A stretch of 64,000 nt of DNA, taken from contig NW_024704743.1 in NCBI RefSeq assembly GCF_018977255.1, forward strand, positions 75,084,001-75,148,000, given 5' to 3'. Every line of letters starts with the position of its first letter. Position 1 is the stretch's first letter. The DNA is from Callorhinchus milii (taxonomy: Eukaryota). Made by a program: the position numbers and the translations under genes. Under the pieces are notes generated by a model, which worked only from the letters and a program-made list of their open reading frames with translations, searched no databases and was not told the origin of the DNA. Below are positions 1 to 12,712 of the stretch, piece by piece.

Positions 1-429
1 CTGATTCAACCATCTCTTCACGCAGCGGGTTCCACGGTCTCACTACCCTCTGTGTAGTTCCTCCTAAATTCTCTTTTAGCACCCTAGGGGCTATTTTCTA
101 CTTTTGTAACTGTACTGTTGCAGAGACTGAGGTGCTGACTGCTCAGGCCTCGCTCTGCTGCTTTTGATGTGTCAGTCGTTGCTCTTGGGCTTGTGTCACA
201 GAGATGCTGAACTTTGAATTCCGTACAGAATGAATCAGAACCATATAGAGCAACACACTTTTGATAATTGGACCAAAACCTAGCAATCCCCAGAGGAAAG
301 GCTGGCTCAATACCAGAAAAGTCCTGGGCTATCTGGATACTGACTCTAAGCCCAGGAGGAGCCATCAATAGGAGATAGAGCATCAAACTAATTAATTAGA
401 TAAACATAAGGTAGTGAGACATGAGAAAT

Positions 430-640
430 TGTCAGCCTAGAAAGTGTTTACTGGCACGTTCCCAGGGGAGGCTTGCTATTTTTATATAAATGATCTGAAG
501 GGAAATCACAAACAAAATGGCCAAGTCTGCAGATGATACCAAAATAAGTGCAAAGCACAGCATTGAGAACAATGCACCCACAGTCAGAGCGATTCTATTT
601 AGGCAACTGAAGAAATAGGCGGAAAGTATTGTTCAAAGTG
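430..640 (+). mobile_element. Old CR1 LINE RT relic
   Basis: ataaatgatctg...gccaagtctgcagatgataccaaa reads INDL...AKSADDTK, a degenerate CR1 FADDTK motif. Confidence 0.7.
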
Positions 641-3564
641 GAAACCACAGTTCACAGAATGTTACAGCGCAGAAATGAGCCGAAATTTGGCCCATCAAAT
701 CTGTGCTGAAGTGCCCCTCCACATAAGCTATGTGGTGTAGTCCCACTGTTTGGACTCAGATTCTGTGTTCAGAGGTGACTTCATTGAGATTGATCTCTAT
801 TAGGATTTTCCCTTTTTAAATGCAGACATAAGTCACTACACAGAATGTCTATCAGTGTTTCCGTCCTCTGCTTCTATGTTCCCCAGATCCTTTAATTTTT
901 ATCTGCCTTGAAAGCATTAAGTGCTTCTTGTTTATGTTTCTCATTCGATCTAACCTTCAATTCCTCTAAATTGATCCATGGATCCCTTGCCTATAGGAAT
1001 ACATTCTCTTTTTTCCTTACTATTTCCATGTACTATTTAAATATTTCCCAGATTTGCTGATTCACATTTCTATGAGGCAAGTTTTTCCTTTTGGTTAATA
1101 TGGACAAGGTCGCTTTTGATATTGATAGAATTTGCTTGTTTTTGGTCAAGTCCCCTCTCCTTGACTTCTCTTTCACTTTCCATTCTTACACTAAACCTAT
1201 CTGATGTAAATTATACACCAGTTTAAATATTCAGAGCAGGGGCGCATTGATTCAGATTTTATGGAGCAAGCACAGAGATTTCACTTAGTCTTACCTTATT
1301 TAAAATGGCCCAGGATTATAGATTGTTTTGTGAATTCAGTCTTAATTTGGAAGCCTGTTACTTTATAAGAACTGCAGAAATCCTACTTCTAAATCAAGTC
1401 TGGATTTAAGATTTTTCCACAATCATGCACTTAAATTTACCCTCAAATACTAAACCTAGATGGAATTTGAAGCCTCTATCTCTTTACATTTTAAGGTGTG
1501 CCATTGGCTCAGGATACCCTTCATAAATAAACCTTGGTTTTCAGAAGTAATGCTAGTTAATAGCATTAAAATTACAGTTCAACGTGGAAGGTACAATGTG
1601 AGTTAGTGAGGAACACTTAGTATGGAAGCAAGGAACCAAAGAAGGTCAGTTGTGCAGTACATGCTGTTCAGAAAAGAGATCTTATTGTGAACAAATCTTG
1701 AAATGTCGCCCCAGTTCTTTGTGACAGTTATAAAAAAATCAAATAATCTACTGGCTCATATTAGCAGAAGCTCGAGTCTAAATCAACAGAAGCCATCTTT
1801 GCAAACAGGATGTCAGTAAAAAAATAAAAATAAAATAACAATTTGGTCACTCAATCTATGACTCGCTAACGACCAGAGATCGACTTTGACTCAGTTTGAA
1901 TCCTGCGAGCAAAACGATAGCTGATTCAGTATCTTCTGATTGTGGGATTCAAACAATTACAATGTTGGTACTGGCGTTATCATTATCACTTAGCTTTCAT
2001 TCCACCTTACAGGGTGGGGTGGGGGAAGTTTGAGTTATGATATGATAATTGTGATAATTATACCATTCAACTTACATTTATATATTGAGAGGATGTCTCA
2101 AAGCGCTTTATATACCTGGCACTTGGTGAGGGGTGGGGAGAGTTGGGGAATAAGATACAATACAATTTACACTTATATAGTGCCTTTCACATCGGGAGGA
2201 GTTTCAAAGATGGCCAAATTGTAGAGATCTGGATAGTCTAAAGCTTGTGTAGGGAGGAGCTGGGGTGTCCAGCAGGAAGAGCTTCGGAATAATCAATCCT
2301 GGATGCGATCCACAGTGATATGATAATTATCACATTGATCAAAAGAGCAATCCAAAGTAGTCAATAGTTATGACTGGCAATGGCACATTGGTTGGGCTGG
2401 AAGCTGGCTCAAACGTTCTGATGTCTGCTCTTTATCTTTATTCTTACAGATCATGGACATTGTTGCTGGCCATGGAAGGCTGTGTTTCAGTACTGGTTCA
2501 CTAGATGGAAGCTTAAGGTTAAGCCAGTATCTTATGAAGCAGCACTGAAACACTCTTACAATAAAAAAAGGATCAAAGTAACTTGTTGCTCAAGACAGCT
2601 GAACAGTAGTAAAAAAATGCACTTTGCAGAAAAATCAATTGACTGTCTCAGATATCTCACAAACTTTAAAAGCTGCAAGAATGAGTAATGAAAAACAAAA
2701 GAAAAGAATATGGACATTGTGAAAAATGAGAACAGAGTGCTAGCTGTGCCTGGAAAGAAACAGCGGTAGCTCCAGACAGAAGTAGGTTCTGTGCAGAAAA
2801 GTTTTACTTCGGAAAAGTATAGCAAAGAGATTCAGACAGAAATGCTTATCACTGGATCTGTTACTAAATCGATGTAGCATATTCTAGTGCTCCCCAAGGG
2901 CGAAATAATACAAGATGAACTCTCAGCACAACCCTTGCTGTAAGGGGGGAGGATAGGGTGAGTGTTCTGGATGGACAAGACTGAATGGCCTTCTTCATCC
3001 AAACCAATCTTGTGATCTTGTCAACACTATCCAAAAAAAAAGGGAGTTTCCTGATAAAATTAGCCATTCACTTCATGGCTGTTTGTGAGATGTGGCTGTG
3101 CACGATTTGGTTGCCACATTTGCCTACAAAAAGCAGTCACTAACAGTAATTGGTTGTGAAGCACTTTGAGCCATTTTGACGTGTTAAGACAATGTAAAAC
3201 TACAAGCATTGTTATTATTTTATATTGCCAGGTTAGTAACTTGAGGAGGTTAAATGACATTCAAGATCTGGGCTAATTAGACATATGGGTTAAGAATCCC
3301 CATTTGGATTTTAATGTAGATAAATGTGAGGGTCATACACTGTAACTAGAAACAGAGACATCCAGTCAATTGGAAGAAGCTTTCAGCAAAGGTAATTAAA
3401 CACTGGGTTGTACATTCAGCACATTTTTACGAAGACAAAATAAAATAATGTCTGTATGTATAGATGATTGGTGTGGCTGCACTTGAAATATTGCATGTAA
3501 GTTTAAAACCTAAAGCTCTAAATTATGAGGAGAGGCTTGCAGAGAACACCTTGTTTTCAATAGA

Positions 3565-5460
3565 CATTTGTATAGCGCCTTTCACGTCAGGAGGACATCC
3601 CAAGGCACTGTACAGTCAGGGATCAGCCCCTGAGCTGGTGGTTGGGATCAGGAGGGGTGGAGAGCAGGGAGGGTTGGGGTGGGAGGGTGACAGAAGGAAA
3701 GGTCAAAGAGAAGGGTCTTGAGATGGATCTTGAAGGAGGCAAGGGAGGAGCGAGGCGGAGGGACTGCGGGATGAAGTTCCAGAGTGTAGGGCCAGTGAGG
3801 CGAAAGGCCCATGCCAATGGTGGGCGGGCGAGGCGGGAGATATGAAGTAGGCTGGAGCCCGCTGAGTGGAGTGAGCTTTCAGGTTGGTAATATATAATAT
3901 ATAATAATATAAATAATAATAATCCTTGCGTTTTGATATAGCGTTTTAATAATAATAATCCATGCATTTGATATAGTGCTTTTCATGTCTTCTAGACGTC
4001 TCAAAGCGATTCACAGAATGTGCAGTAAAGTGAATTGACTATATATTTGTGGGTGAAACGTGGCAGCCAATTGCGCACAGCAGTGTCCCACAAACAGTCG
4101 TGAATTGAAAATGACCAATTGTAGGGGGTTAGGAGGTTGCAGAGGTAGGAGGGAACAAGACAAGGGCTTTGAAGGTGAGGACCAGGATCTTGAACTGTAT
4201 CCTCTGTGTGATGGGAAGCCAGTGGAGTTGGGCGTGGATGGGGGTGATGGGGTCACAGAGCCTGGTGCGGACACAGGCTGCAGAGTTCTGGATGATCTGC
4301 AGCCTATGGAAGCAGGAGTTGGGGAGGCCGACAAGCAGGGAGTTTGCAAAGTCAAGCCTTGATGTTATGCATGCATGTACGAGGGTCTCAGCAGCCTGCG
4401 GTATGAGACAGTGGTGGAGCTGGGCAATGTTGAGGAAGTGGGGGAAGGCAGAGCGGGTCATGGCACGGATCTTGGTATGAAGGATAGTTGAGGGTCAATC
4501 AGGACCCCAAGGTTCTGCATTGGCTCCATGAGGTGTAGAGTGCATCCATGAAGGGTGATGCTGAGGTATGGAGGCGCTGATGCAAGCCAATCAGGAGAAC
4601 CTCAGTCTTGTTGACGTTCATCCAGGACTTGATGTCTGACAATGAAGACAGCAGTGGTCCTGGAGTCAAGAGTGGAAGCGGAGAGATAGAGTTGGGTGTC
4701 ATTCGCATACATATGGAAGTTGACCCCATGTCTATGGATGATGTCACCAAAGCGGAGCATATAGATATTGAAGAGGAGGGAACCAAGGACAGAGCCCTGA
4801 GAGATGACCCATGTGACAGTGCGGGGGCTGGAGAAGCCGTTAGTGGCAAGAAAGTGGAGACTGTGAGAGAGGCAGTGCAGGTCTGTGAAGGTTGAACTGA
4901 GAGGAGAGGCAGTGTAGGGAGGATAGAATGGTCAACAGTGTCAAAGGCAGCAGAGACGAGGAAGAGAATGAGGCAGAAAGAGCCCTGGTCACAGAGAGTC
5001 CTGTTTGACCCTCAACTGTCCTTTCACCAGGGCTGTTTCTGTGCCGTTTGGAGGGGTTCGTAGAGAAAATGGAGGGAGAGGAAACAGCGAAACTGGGATG
5101 CAACGACTTGTTCCAGGGCGTTGGAGAGGAACGGGAGATTGGCGGTGGGGCGATAGCTGGAAAATAGAGATTGGTCCAGGGAAGATTTTTTTGAGGATGG
5201 AGCGATAACAGCTGTTTTTAGGGGGTTGGGATCAGTGCCAGTGGATAAGGAGAGGTTGATGATGTCGGTTAAAAGAGGGGCCAGGAGGTGGAACTGGAAG
5301 GTGAGGAGAGGGGTGGTGACGGGGTCGAGGGAGCAGGTGGTGGGCTTCATTTTTGAAATGAGGGAAGAGGGGGAGACCGGGTTCAAGGTGTATAAGGAGG
5401 GATGGGTGGGGGCAGGGTTGTGAGGGGGAGGTGGGGAGTGGGTAGCGGTATAAGGGGAAG
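3565..5460 (-). mobile_element. L2 LINE, 5'-truncated and frameshifted, interrupted by a SINE fragment at about 3890-4120
   Basis: Minus-strand peptides KPTTCSLDP, SYRPTANLPFLS, ITSRLDFANSLL, LHWLPITQRIQFKIL; L2 3' stem-loop tail near 3565-3610. Confidence 0.93.
3890..4120 (-). mobile_element. SINE 3' half with (ATT)n tail, inserted in L2
   Basis: Matches the shared SINE 3' region; the tail start is duplicated; the L2 continues on both sides. Confidence 0.85.
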
Positions 5461-5789
5461 ACAAAAGAAGATTGAGAGAATACAGTCCAGGCCCTGAAAA
5501 TGCTGATAGGCACAGACAAATGTAGAAGCACACAAAATATTTGACTTAGAGAGAGTGAGAGCAAAATTAGAGGGTATAAGTTTTAAGATGAGAAAGCCTC
5601 GTAATTAAGCACTTTGAGATGCCCTCCCAATGTGAAAGGCTCCATATAAAATCAAATTTTAGAGAATATTGTATCGTACTTAGCACACCTACAGAGTCAT
5701 CACTTGACTGAGCTGGAGAGAGCTAGGAGGTGTAAAGCATGGGGTGCAGTTTTCATTACTTTTAGGAGATTACTAAGGTGAAGAAACCT

Positions 5790-7263
5790 TGAAGAAACCT
5801 TTCCTTGACCCATCACAGCTATCCAGCTACCGGCCCATCTCCAACGTCCCTTTTCTATCCAAGGTCCTTGAGAGCCGTTGCCTCCCAGCTTCGCTCTTTC
5901 TTCTCCTCCACTCCCTCCATGAACCCCTCCAATCGGCACGGAAACTGCTCTGGTCAAGGTCACAAATGACATCCTGACCATGTGTGACCAGGGCTCCCTC
6001 TGTCTCCTCATCGTCTTCGCTGCTTTTGACACTGTGGACCATTCAATCCTCCTCCATCACCTCTCCTCCCACCTCAACCTCCAAGGTTCTATCCTCGACC
6101 GGTTCAGGTCCTAACTTTCACACCGCCTCTACTTCGTATCAACAAATGACTTCTCCTCCAGCCCCCGGGCAGTCTCGTGCAACGTTCATTAGGGGTCTGT
6201 GCTGCGTCCCCTCCTCTTCACCCTCTACATGCTCCCCCTTGGTGGCATTATCCGCAGACATGGGATAAATTTCCACATGTATGCGTATGACACCCAACTC
6301 TATCTCTCTGCCTCCACCCTCAACTCCAGGACTACTGGTGTCCTGACCGACTGCCTGTCCGACATCAAGTCCTGGACGAAGGACAACTTTCTCCAACTGA
6401 ACGTCAGCAAGACCGAGGCCCTCCTGATTGGCTCGCGCCAGAGCCTCCGCACTTTGGGCGCTGGCAGCATCAGCCTCCACGGCTGCACACTCAACCTCAC
6501 TAAGCCAGTCAGGAACCTGGGTGTCTTGTTTGACCCTGAATTGTCCTTTCTCTCCGACATCCGCGCCATGACTGGCACTGCCTACCACCACCTCCGCAAC
6601 ATTGCCAGACTCCGCCACTGCCTCACCCCTCAGGCTGCCAAAACCCTCACCCACGCATTCGTCACATCAAGGATTGATTATGGGAACTCCCTTCTCTTCG
6701 GCCTTCCCAACTCTTCCCTTCACAAGCTGCAGATCATCCAAAACTCTGCAGCTCGTGTACTCTCACGCACCAGGCTCCATGACCCCATCACTCCCACCCT
6801 CGCCCGACTCCACTGGCTCCCCATCCCCCAGAGGATCGAATTCAAGATCCTCGTCCTCACGTTTAAGGCCATCCATGGCCTTGCCCCCTCCTACCTCTCT
6901 GACCTGCTGACTCCCTACCAACCTGCCCGCTCCCTCCATTCAGCGGGCTCCGGGCTGCTCCATGTCTCCCGCCCGACCCGCCCTACCATCGGTGGCCGGG
7001 CTTTCAGCCTCGATCTGTCCCCACACTCTGGAACTCCATCCCACAGTCCCTTCGCCTCGCTTCCTCCCTTGCCTCCTTCAAGGCCGGTCTCAAGACCCTC
7101 CTCTTCAATCGTGCTTTCGATCGCCCTCCCACCTCTCTGCCTTCCCTCACCCCTACATCACCCCTCCCCCAAACTCGGGTCCCGACCCCTGACTGTCCAG
7201 CGTCTTGCGATGTCCTCCCGACGTGAAAGGCGCTCTATAAATGTAATTTTGTTGTTGTTGTTG
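5790..7263 (+). mobile_element. L2 LINE, 5'-truncated ORF2 (RT domain and C-terminus) with 3' tail; non-functional
   Basis: SYRPISNVPFLSKVLE; ORF 6199-7290 has [18 protein letters not shown] (YADD mutated), [25 protein letters not shown]; tail cgacgtgaaaggcgctctataaatgtaatt(ttg)n. Confidence 0.95.
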
Positions 7264-8764
7264 TACAGTAGCAAATGTCAAAAGCTGTGAACTTTGAATC
7301 TCTCCATGTGTATGATTTGAAGATTTAAAAAATGTACACAGTGTCATTCAATATTAATGTTACATTGTAGAAGACCTCAGCTGTTAAAACAACCTGACTT
7401 AGCATGAAATACAAATGCACACTGGGGATTAAAACACAGAATGAATAAAAGGCCATTCATTTCAGCAATGAATGTGAACTCAATTGACCTATTAGTTGTG
7501 TGTGGAGGAGGAGTGAAGCTTGATTCCCAGGGGCTTACCCCCAGATATAATTGTTGCTTGGATATTTTCTATTGCAGCCGATCCTGTTTTCAATATTTAG
7601 GTGATCGCTGATGGAATGTTTCTGTGAACGTAAGGTGCCCAAGAATGTACACAATCAGATCCATTTTGCAATTGTAATGAAAAGCAGAGGTAGAAGTGCA
7701 AATGTGAGGTTGTTATAGTCATAGTAACATACAAGTTATAATAGTGTTTGGGTTCGTAAAATTAAGACACTGTATTACAGGAGATTCTGTGAATTTTCCG
7801 CTCTCCGAGATGCTACACCGTGTTATATAAATGCAAGAAGTTATTCCGAATAAAAATGGCTTTTGTGTGACTGTTGAGGTCACTCCTGGATTCTGATGAG
7901 CCACAGGAAGCTGGAAGCGTACAGCATCTCAACTAACTATGGGTCCACAGGATACCCACATTATAAACGCCCTGTATTTCTAAAACCTATGTGGAAGCTG
8001 CACAACTGGTGATGTGAGAAATTGTTTAGCTGAATTTAATGAAATTGGCTACGTGTTTGCTGACAAATGCAGTCACTACACTTGACAGCGATTACCTGTC
8101 AAGTGCTTTGAGACTTATCTACATTATAAGCACTACGTCAAATGTAAGGATTATCACATCCATTGTGCTCACAAATTTAATTCACCAACAAATGGGAGAA
8201 AGCTGTTCCCAATAACTACCCCTGTTAAGGTCACGTTGATTTCTTTAGTATCAAGTGGCCTGGTCTACCACTGGCACCGTGGAGTGTGGTTGCCTATCTC
8301 GATGGACTTCCGAAGGCTGAACAGGACATGTTACTGCGTGACTGTGCAAAGTCATGTGCAAGTCAGAACTCTCAGAAGATGTCGACAGACCTGAGTACAA
8401 TTCTAGCATAATTAAGTTATTTCTTTATCAGCCTCAATAGGTCTGTCACCTACATTCTGAGATCTCAGATGAGGGTTTAATTGAAATATGTATTGCTGCT
8501 GGAATTCAGAAAGTGGCAACTTCGTCCCACTGCGCTGCAGACAAAGACTTCCCACAGAACGTATCAGGGCAGGAGCAGAGTTACTCTTTAATGATTTGAC
8601 CTTGCATGTTTTTGAAGAGTCCTTTGAAACTGACAACCCAAGCTGTCAGTGCTTAATTATTACTGTCTCATAGCATTATGTAATAAGCATAGCACAAGCA
8701 TAAGGACCTAATACCCTTAAACAGCAACTTAAAATGTACTCGCAGATGAAATGACAGAACCTTT

Positions 8765-9688
8765 CCAACAACAACAAAAAAATTACATTTATAGAGTGCC
8801 TTTCACTTTGGGAGGATGTCCCAAAGCCCTGAACGGTCAGATCAGAGCCCGAACATGGAGGAGGGGCAGTGTAGGGGTGAGGGAAGGCAGAGAGATGGGA
8901 GAGAGACCAAAGGCACGGTTGAAGAGAAGGGTCTTGAGACCAGCCTTGAAGGAGACAAGGGAGGAAGCGAGGCGAAGGGACTGTGGGATGGAGTTGCAGA
9001 GTGTGGTGGCAGAGAGGCTGAAAATCCGACCACCGGGTCGGGCGGGAGACATGGAGCAGGCCGGAGCACGATAAACGGAGGGAGCGGGCAGGTTGGTAGG
9101 GAGTCAGCAGGTCAGAGAGGTAGGAGGGGGCAAGGCCGTGGATGGCCTTAAAGGTGAGGACGAGGATCCTGACCTCGATCCTCTGGGGGATAGGGAGCCA
9201 GTGGAGTCGGGCGAGGGTGGGAATGATGGGGTCACGGAGCCTGGTGCGTGAGAGTACACGAGCTGCAGAGTTTTGGATGATCTGCAGCTTGTGAAGGGAA
9301 GAGTTGGGAAGGCCGATGAGGAGGGAGTTCCCATAATCGAGCCTTGAGGTGACGAATGCCTGGGTGAGGGTTTTGGCAGCCTGAGGGGTGAGGCAGTGGC
9401 GGAGTCTGGCAATGTTGCAGAGGTGGTGGTAGGCAGTGCCAGTCATGGCGCAGATATGGGGGAGAAAGGACAGTTCAGGATCGAACAAGATACCCAGATT
9501 CCTGACTGGCTTAGTGAGGTTGAATGTGCAGCCGTGGAGGCTGATGCTACCAGCGCCTGAGGTGTGGAGGCGCTGGCGCGAGCCAATCAGTAGGGCCTCG
9601 GTCTTGTTGACATTGAGTTGGAGAAAGTTGACCCTCGTCCAGGACTTGATATCGGACAGGCAGTCGGTCAGGACACCAGTAGTCCTGA
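8765..9688 (-). mobile_element. L2 LINE 3' fragment, same subfamily as 5790-7263
   Basis: ORF 8676-9488 has [28 protein letters not shown]; tail at 8765-8830. Confidence 0.95.
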
Positions 9689-10220
9689 GAGGTAGAGTTT
9701 CAAATGTGTGACAGATAAGTTACTATTTTCAGAAATTAGTGTTTCCCTAAAAAAAAACATTAAGCTATAAGCAAGATTTAGCCTTAACTTCCTTTCAAAG
9801 TAGAACTCTCAAGGATGGAATAAAAACATGGCCAATTATCATCAATTAAAAGTCTTAAGGAACAGAGGCACAATTCTGTTCCACACGTGCCACAGCCAAA
9901 ATATCTTGTGCACCTTACACACTTTCACCACCACATTACTGCAACATGCTTACACACAGTGCATAAAATCGATCCCAATATTTCAAATATGTTACTGACA
10001 CAGGTGAGAATAACTTCTGTGAACCTACAGTCCAGTCCACCCACCCTTCCTTACTCTGCTTTTATTTTCTGGCCATAGCTCACTGTGACTGATACACCTG
10101 TGTTTTGTTTGATCTGAAGGAAAGTATTATGCATTGATATAGTTTGAAACATGAGTTTTCTTGACAGGCCAGAACACCCGTATTAGCTCATTGTCAAACT
10201 GCAGACCACAATGGGTAAGG

Positions 10221-10512
10221 ATAATAATCCTTGCATTTGATATTGCGCTTTTCACATCTTCTAGACGTCTCAAAGCGCTTCAAAGAAGACTGTAAATTGA
10301 CTGTATATTTGTGGGCAGCCTGTTGCGCACAGCAGTATCCCACAAACAGTCGTGGATTGAAGTGACCAATTTTATTCTTGTTTTTTTTCTTGAGAGACTA
10401 TTATCAGGTGTGTGGAGTAAGGAAACTTGCCCTAGGATTCTCCCTGCAGGGAATCGAACCCAGGTCTCTTGCTTGCGAGGCGAGGGGTCTAACTGATGAG
10501 CTACAGGATTCC
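10221..10512 (-). mobile_element. Full-length tRNA-derived SINE, family A (short form)
   Basis: tRNA-like head with B box GGTTCGATTCC, shared 3' half, (ATT)n tail; aaggat on both flanks is a possible TSD. Confidence 0.9.
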
Positions 10513-11479
10513 TCAAGGATGACAGGATTAAGATAGAAATCTAATAGCCAGACCACAGGCAGTGGCAGCTTGCAGGACCATAACAGTGACTTAAATTTTT
10601 TTATTCTGCTAACATTATTTATTGTCGGGGCATAATTTTCACTCAGAGATCCTCTGGGATCAGGAAGAGGGAAATTGGAACAGACAAACAATCAGAATCA
10701 TTTTCCTTCCAATATTTATTCCTTTCACAAGCAATATTGGATGTTTTATGAATTGGTAATAAAATACTTTGCTAAAAGATGATTGAAAGGCTCATATTTT
10801 ACGAACATACATTGCCATTTTAGTAGAAGCTAGAAACAATAAATTCAAAACATATTGAAATGCTGACTTCCTTAATGATGCTGAATAGTGTTTCACAAGC
10901 AGAATATCAAACTGCATATTGTATAAACAAGTGGTAAATGTTATTTCAGTATTCAACAGAGGCTGGGTAATTTATTGCCTAATACCTGCACAAACAACTA
11001 AATCTATGAAGAACACCAAAGTCTCTTGTAAGCAATATTGGGGGCTGTAATGGGTGCTGGAGATTCATGTTTAGATAGGTTATTCCACCATAAGGACCTG
11101 ATCGATCTTAAACATCATATATTGAGGCTGGGGAGAGCATGGATTTCATGCTTCGCTGCCAGATAATGGCCTAAAAATAGAAACACAGAAATGTTCTGCA
11201 CAGATAAGGGCCAATTCTTCCTTTGTTCCGGAGGGATTCTAATAAATACAGGATTAAAAGAACTGGAAGCTATAAAGCTGGTCTTTCTAGCAGCTACAGT
11301 GCAAAATAAAACTCTCCAAGAACCAAAAGACATTTTTCTTAAATTAAAAATTGACATCTATATATTGCTTGAACAAGCTGGTGAGAGAAACCATTCTTCA
11401 AGGGTAGGAAAATGATCAGTCTAACAGTCATCACTAGACTCATAGCATCAGTAATCCTGTCCTTGTGATAATTACAAAA

Positions 11480-11775
11480 ATACTCCTTGCATTTGACATA
11501 GTGCCTTATCACGTCATTGAAGTATCTCAAAAGGCTTCACAGGATTTATTGTACATGTAGTGACTATGTTTTGTAGGCAAATGCAGCAGACAATATAATA
11601 ATAATCCTAGCATTTTGACAAGACTTATAAACAAGACAGTGTTCCACAAACAGTCGTGAAGTGAATAATCAATTTGGGGGAATGCTGGCCAGGATATTGG
11701 AAAATTCTCCTCTTTTCGAATAGTGTCATAAGATCTTTAATAACCCCTTGAACATGAAGACAGGACCTTGCATAA
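11480..11775 (-). mobile_element. Deu-type SINE fragment, family B
   Basis: Tail plus tggccaggat...gtgtcataagatctttaa (reverse complement of the Deu core). Confidence 0.7.
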
Positions 11776-12079
11776 TTTTAAATACATTAGATCAATCATA
11801 CGTGTTAAAGGTGAAAAGCCACATTCTTTTTCTCAAAATGTACGGCTGTTTGTTTATCTGTTCCATTTGTCCGAGATCCCTTAAACTGTCTGTGTGCTCC
11901 TGTAATTTACGCTATTATTCAGTTTCCCATGACTCATAACGCAGCGTCATTTGCAAATATTGATATCTATTGCTTCCACCATGTCTAGGGTCTAAATCAT
12001 CAATATAATAATAATCCTTGAATATAGTATTCCTTTTCTTTCCAAAGTCCTGGAACGAGTCATTGCTTCCCAGTTTCGC

Positions 12080-12712
12080 TCCTGCCTCCACCCTGGAGTT
12101 CAGGATAACTGTTGTCCTGAAACAATGTCTGTCAGACATCAAGTCCTGGATGGGAGCTAACTTTCTACAGTTGAATGTCAACAAGACCGAGGCTCTCCTG
12201 ATTGACTCCAGTCACGCCTCCACACCTCAGGCGCTGACAGCATCACCATCAATGGATGCACACTCCACCTCACTAAGCCAGTCCAGAACCTTGGTGTTTT
12301 GTTTGACCCTCAATTGTTCTTTCTCTCCACATCCGTGCCATGATCCGCTCTGCCTTCCACCATCTCCGCAGACTCGCCCGGCACCGCCTTTGCCTTACCC
12401 ATCAGGCCGCCGAAACCTTCATCCACACATTCATCACATCTAGTCTCGACTACGCCAACTCCCTGCTTGTTGGCCTTCCCAATTCTTCCCTCCACAAGCT
12501 GCAGATCATCCAGAACTCTGCAGCCCGTATCCTCTCCCACAACAGGCTCTGTGACCCTATCACTCCCATCCTCTCCCGACTCCACTGGCTTCCCATCCTT
12601 CGCCTTCAAGACCCTCCACGGCCTTGCTCCTCCCTACCTCTGCGACGTGCTGACCCCATATCAACCTGTCTGCTCCCTCTGTTCAGCAGGCTGTGGCCTG
12701 CTCCACATCCAC
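12080..12712 (+). mobile_element. L2 fragment, left part of a copy split by CR1
   Basis: [37 protein letters not shown]; the sequence resumes at about 14610. Confidence 0.92.

Noticed and set aside
6199..7290. 363-aa ORF as a functional gene or active RT
   Set aside because: 5'-truncated L2 ORF2 with YADD changed to YAYD, upstream frameshifts and an out-of-frame C-terminus
8235..8412. Two overlapping open frames of 50-60 codons in unique DNA
   Set aside because: No recognisable homology and no convincing splice pair
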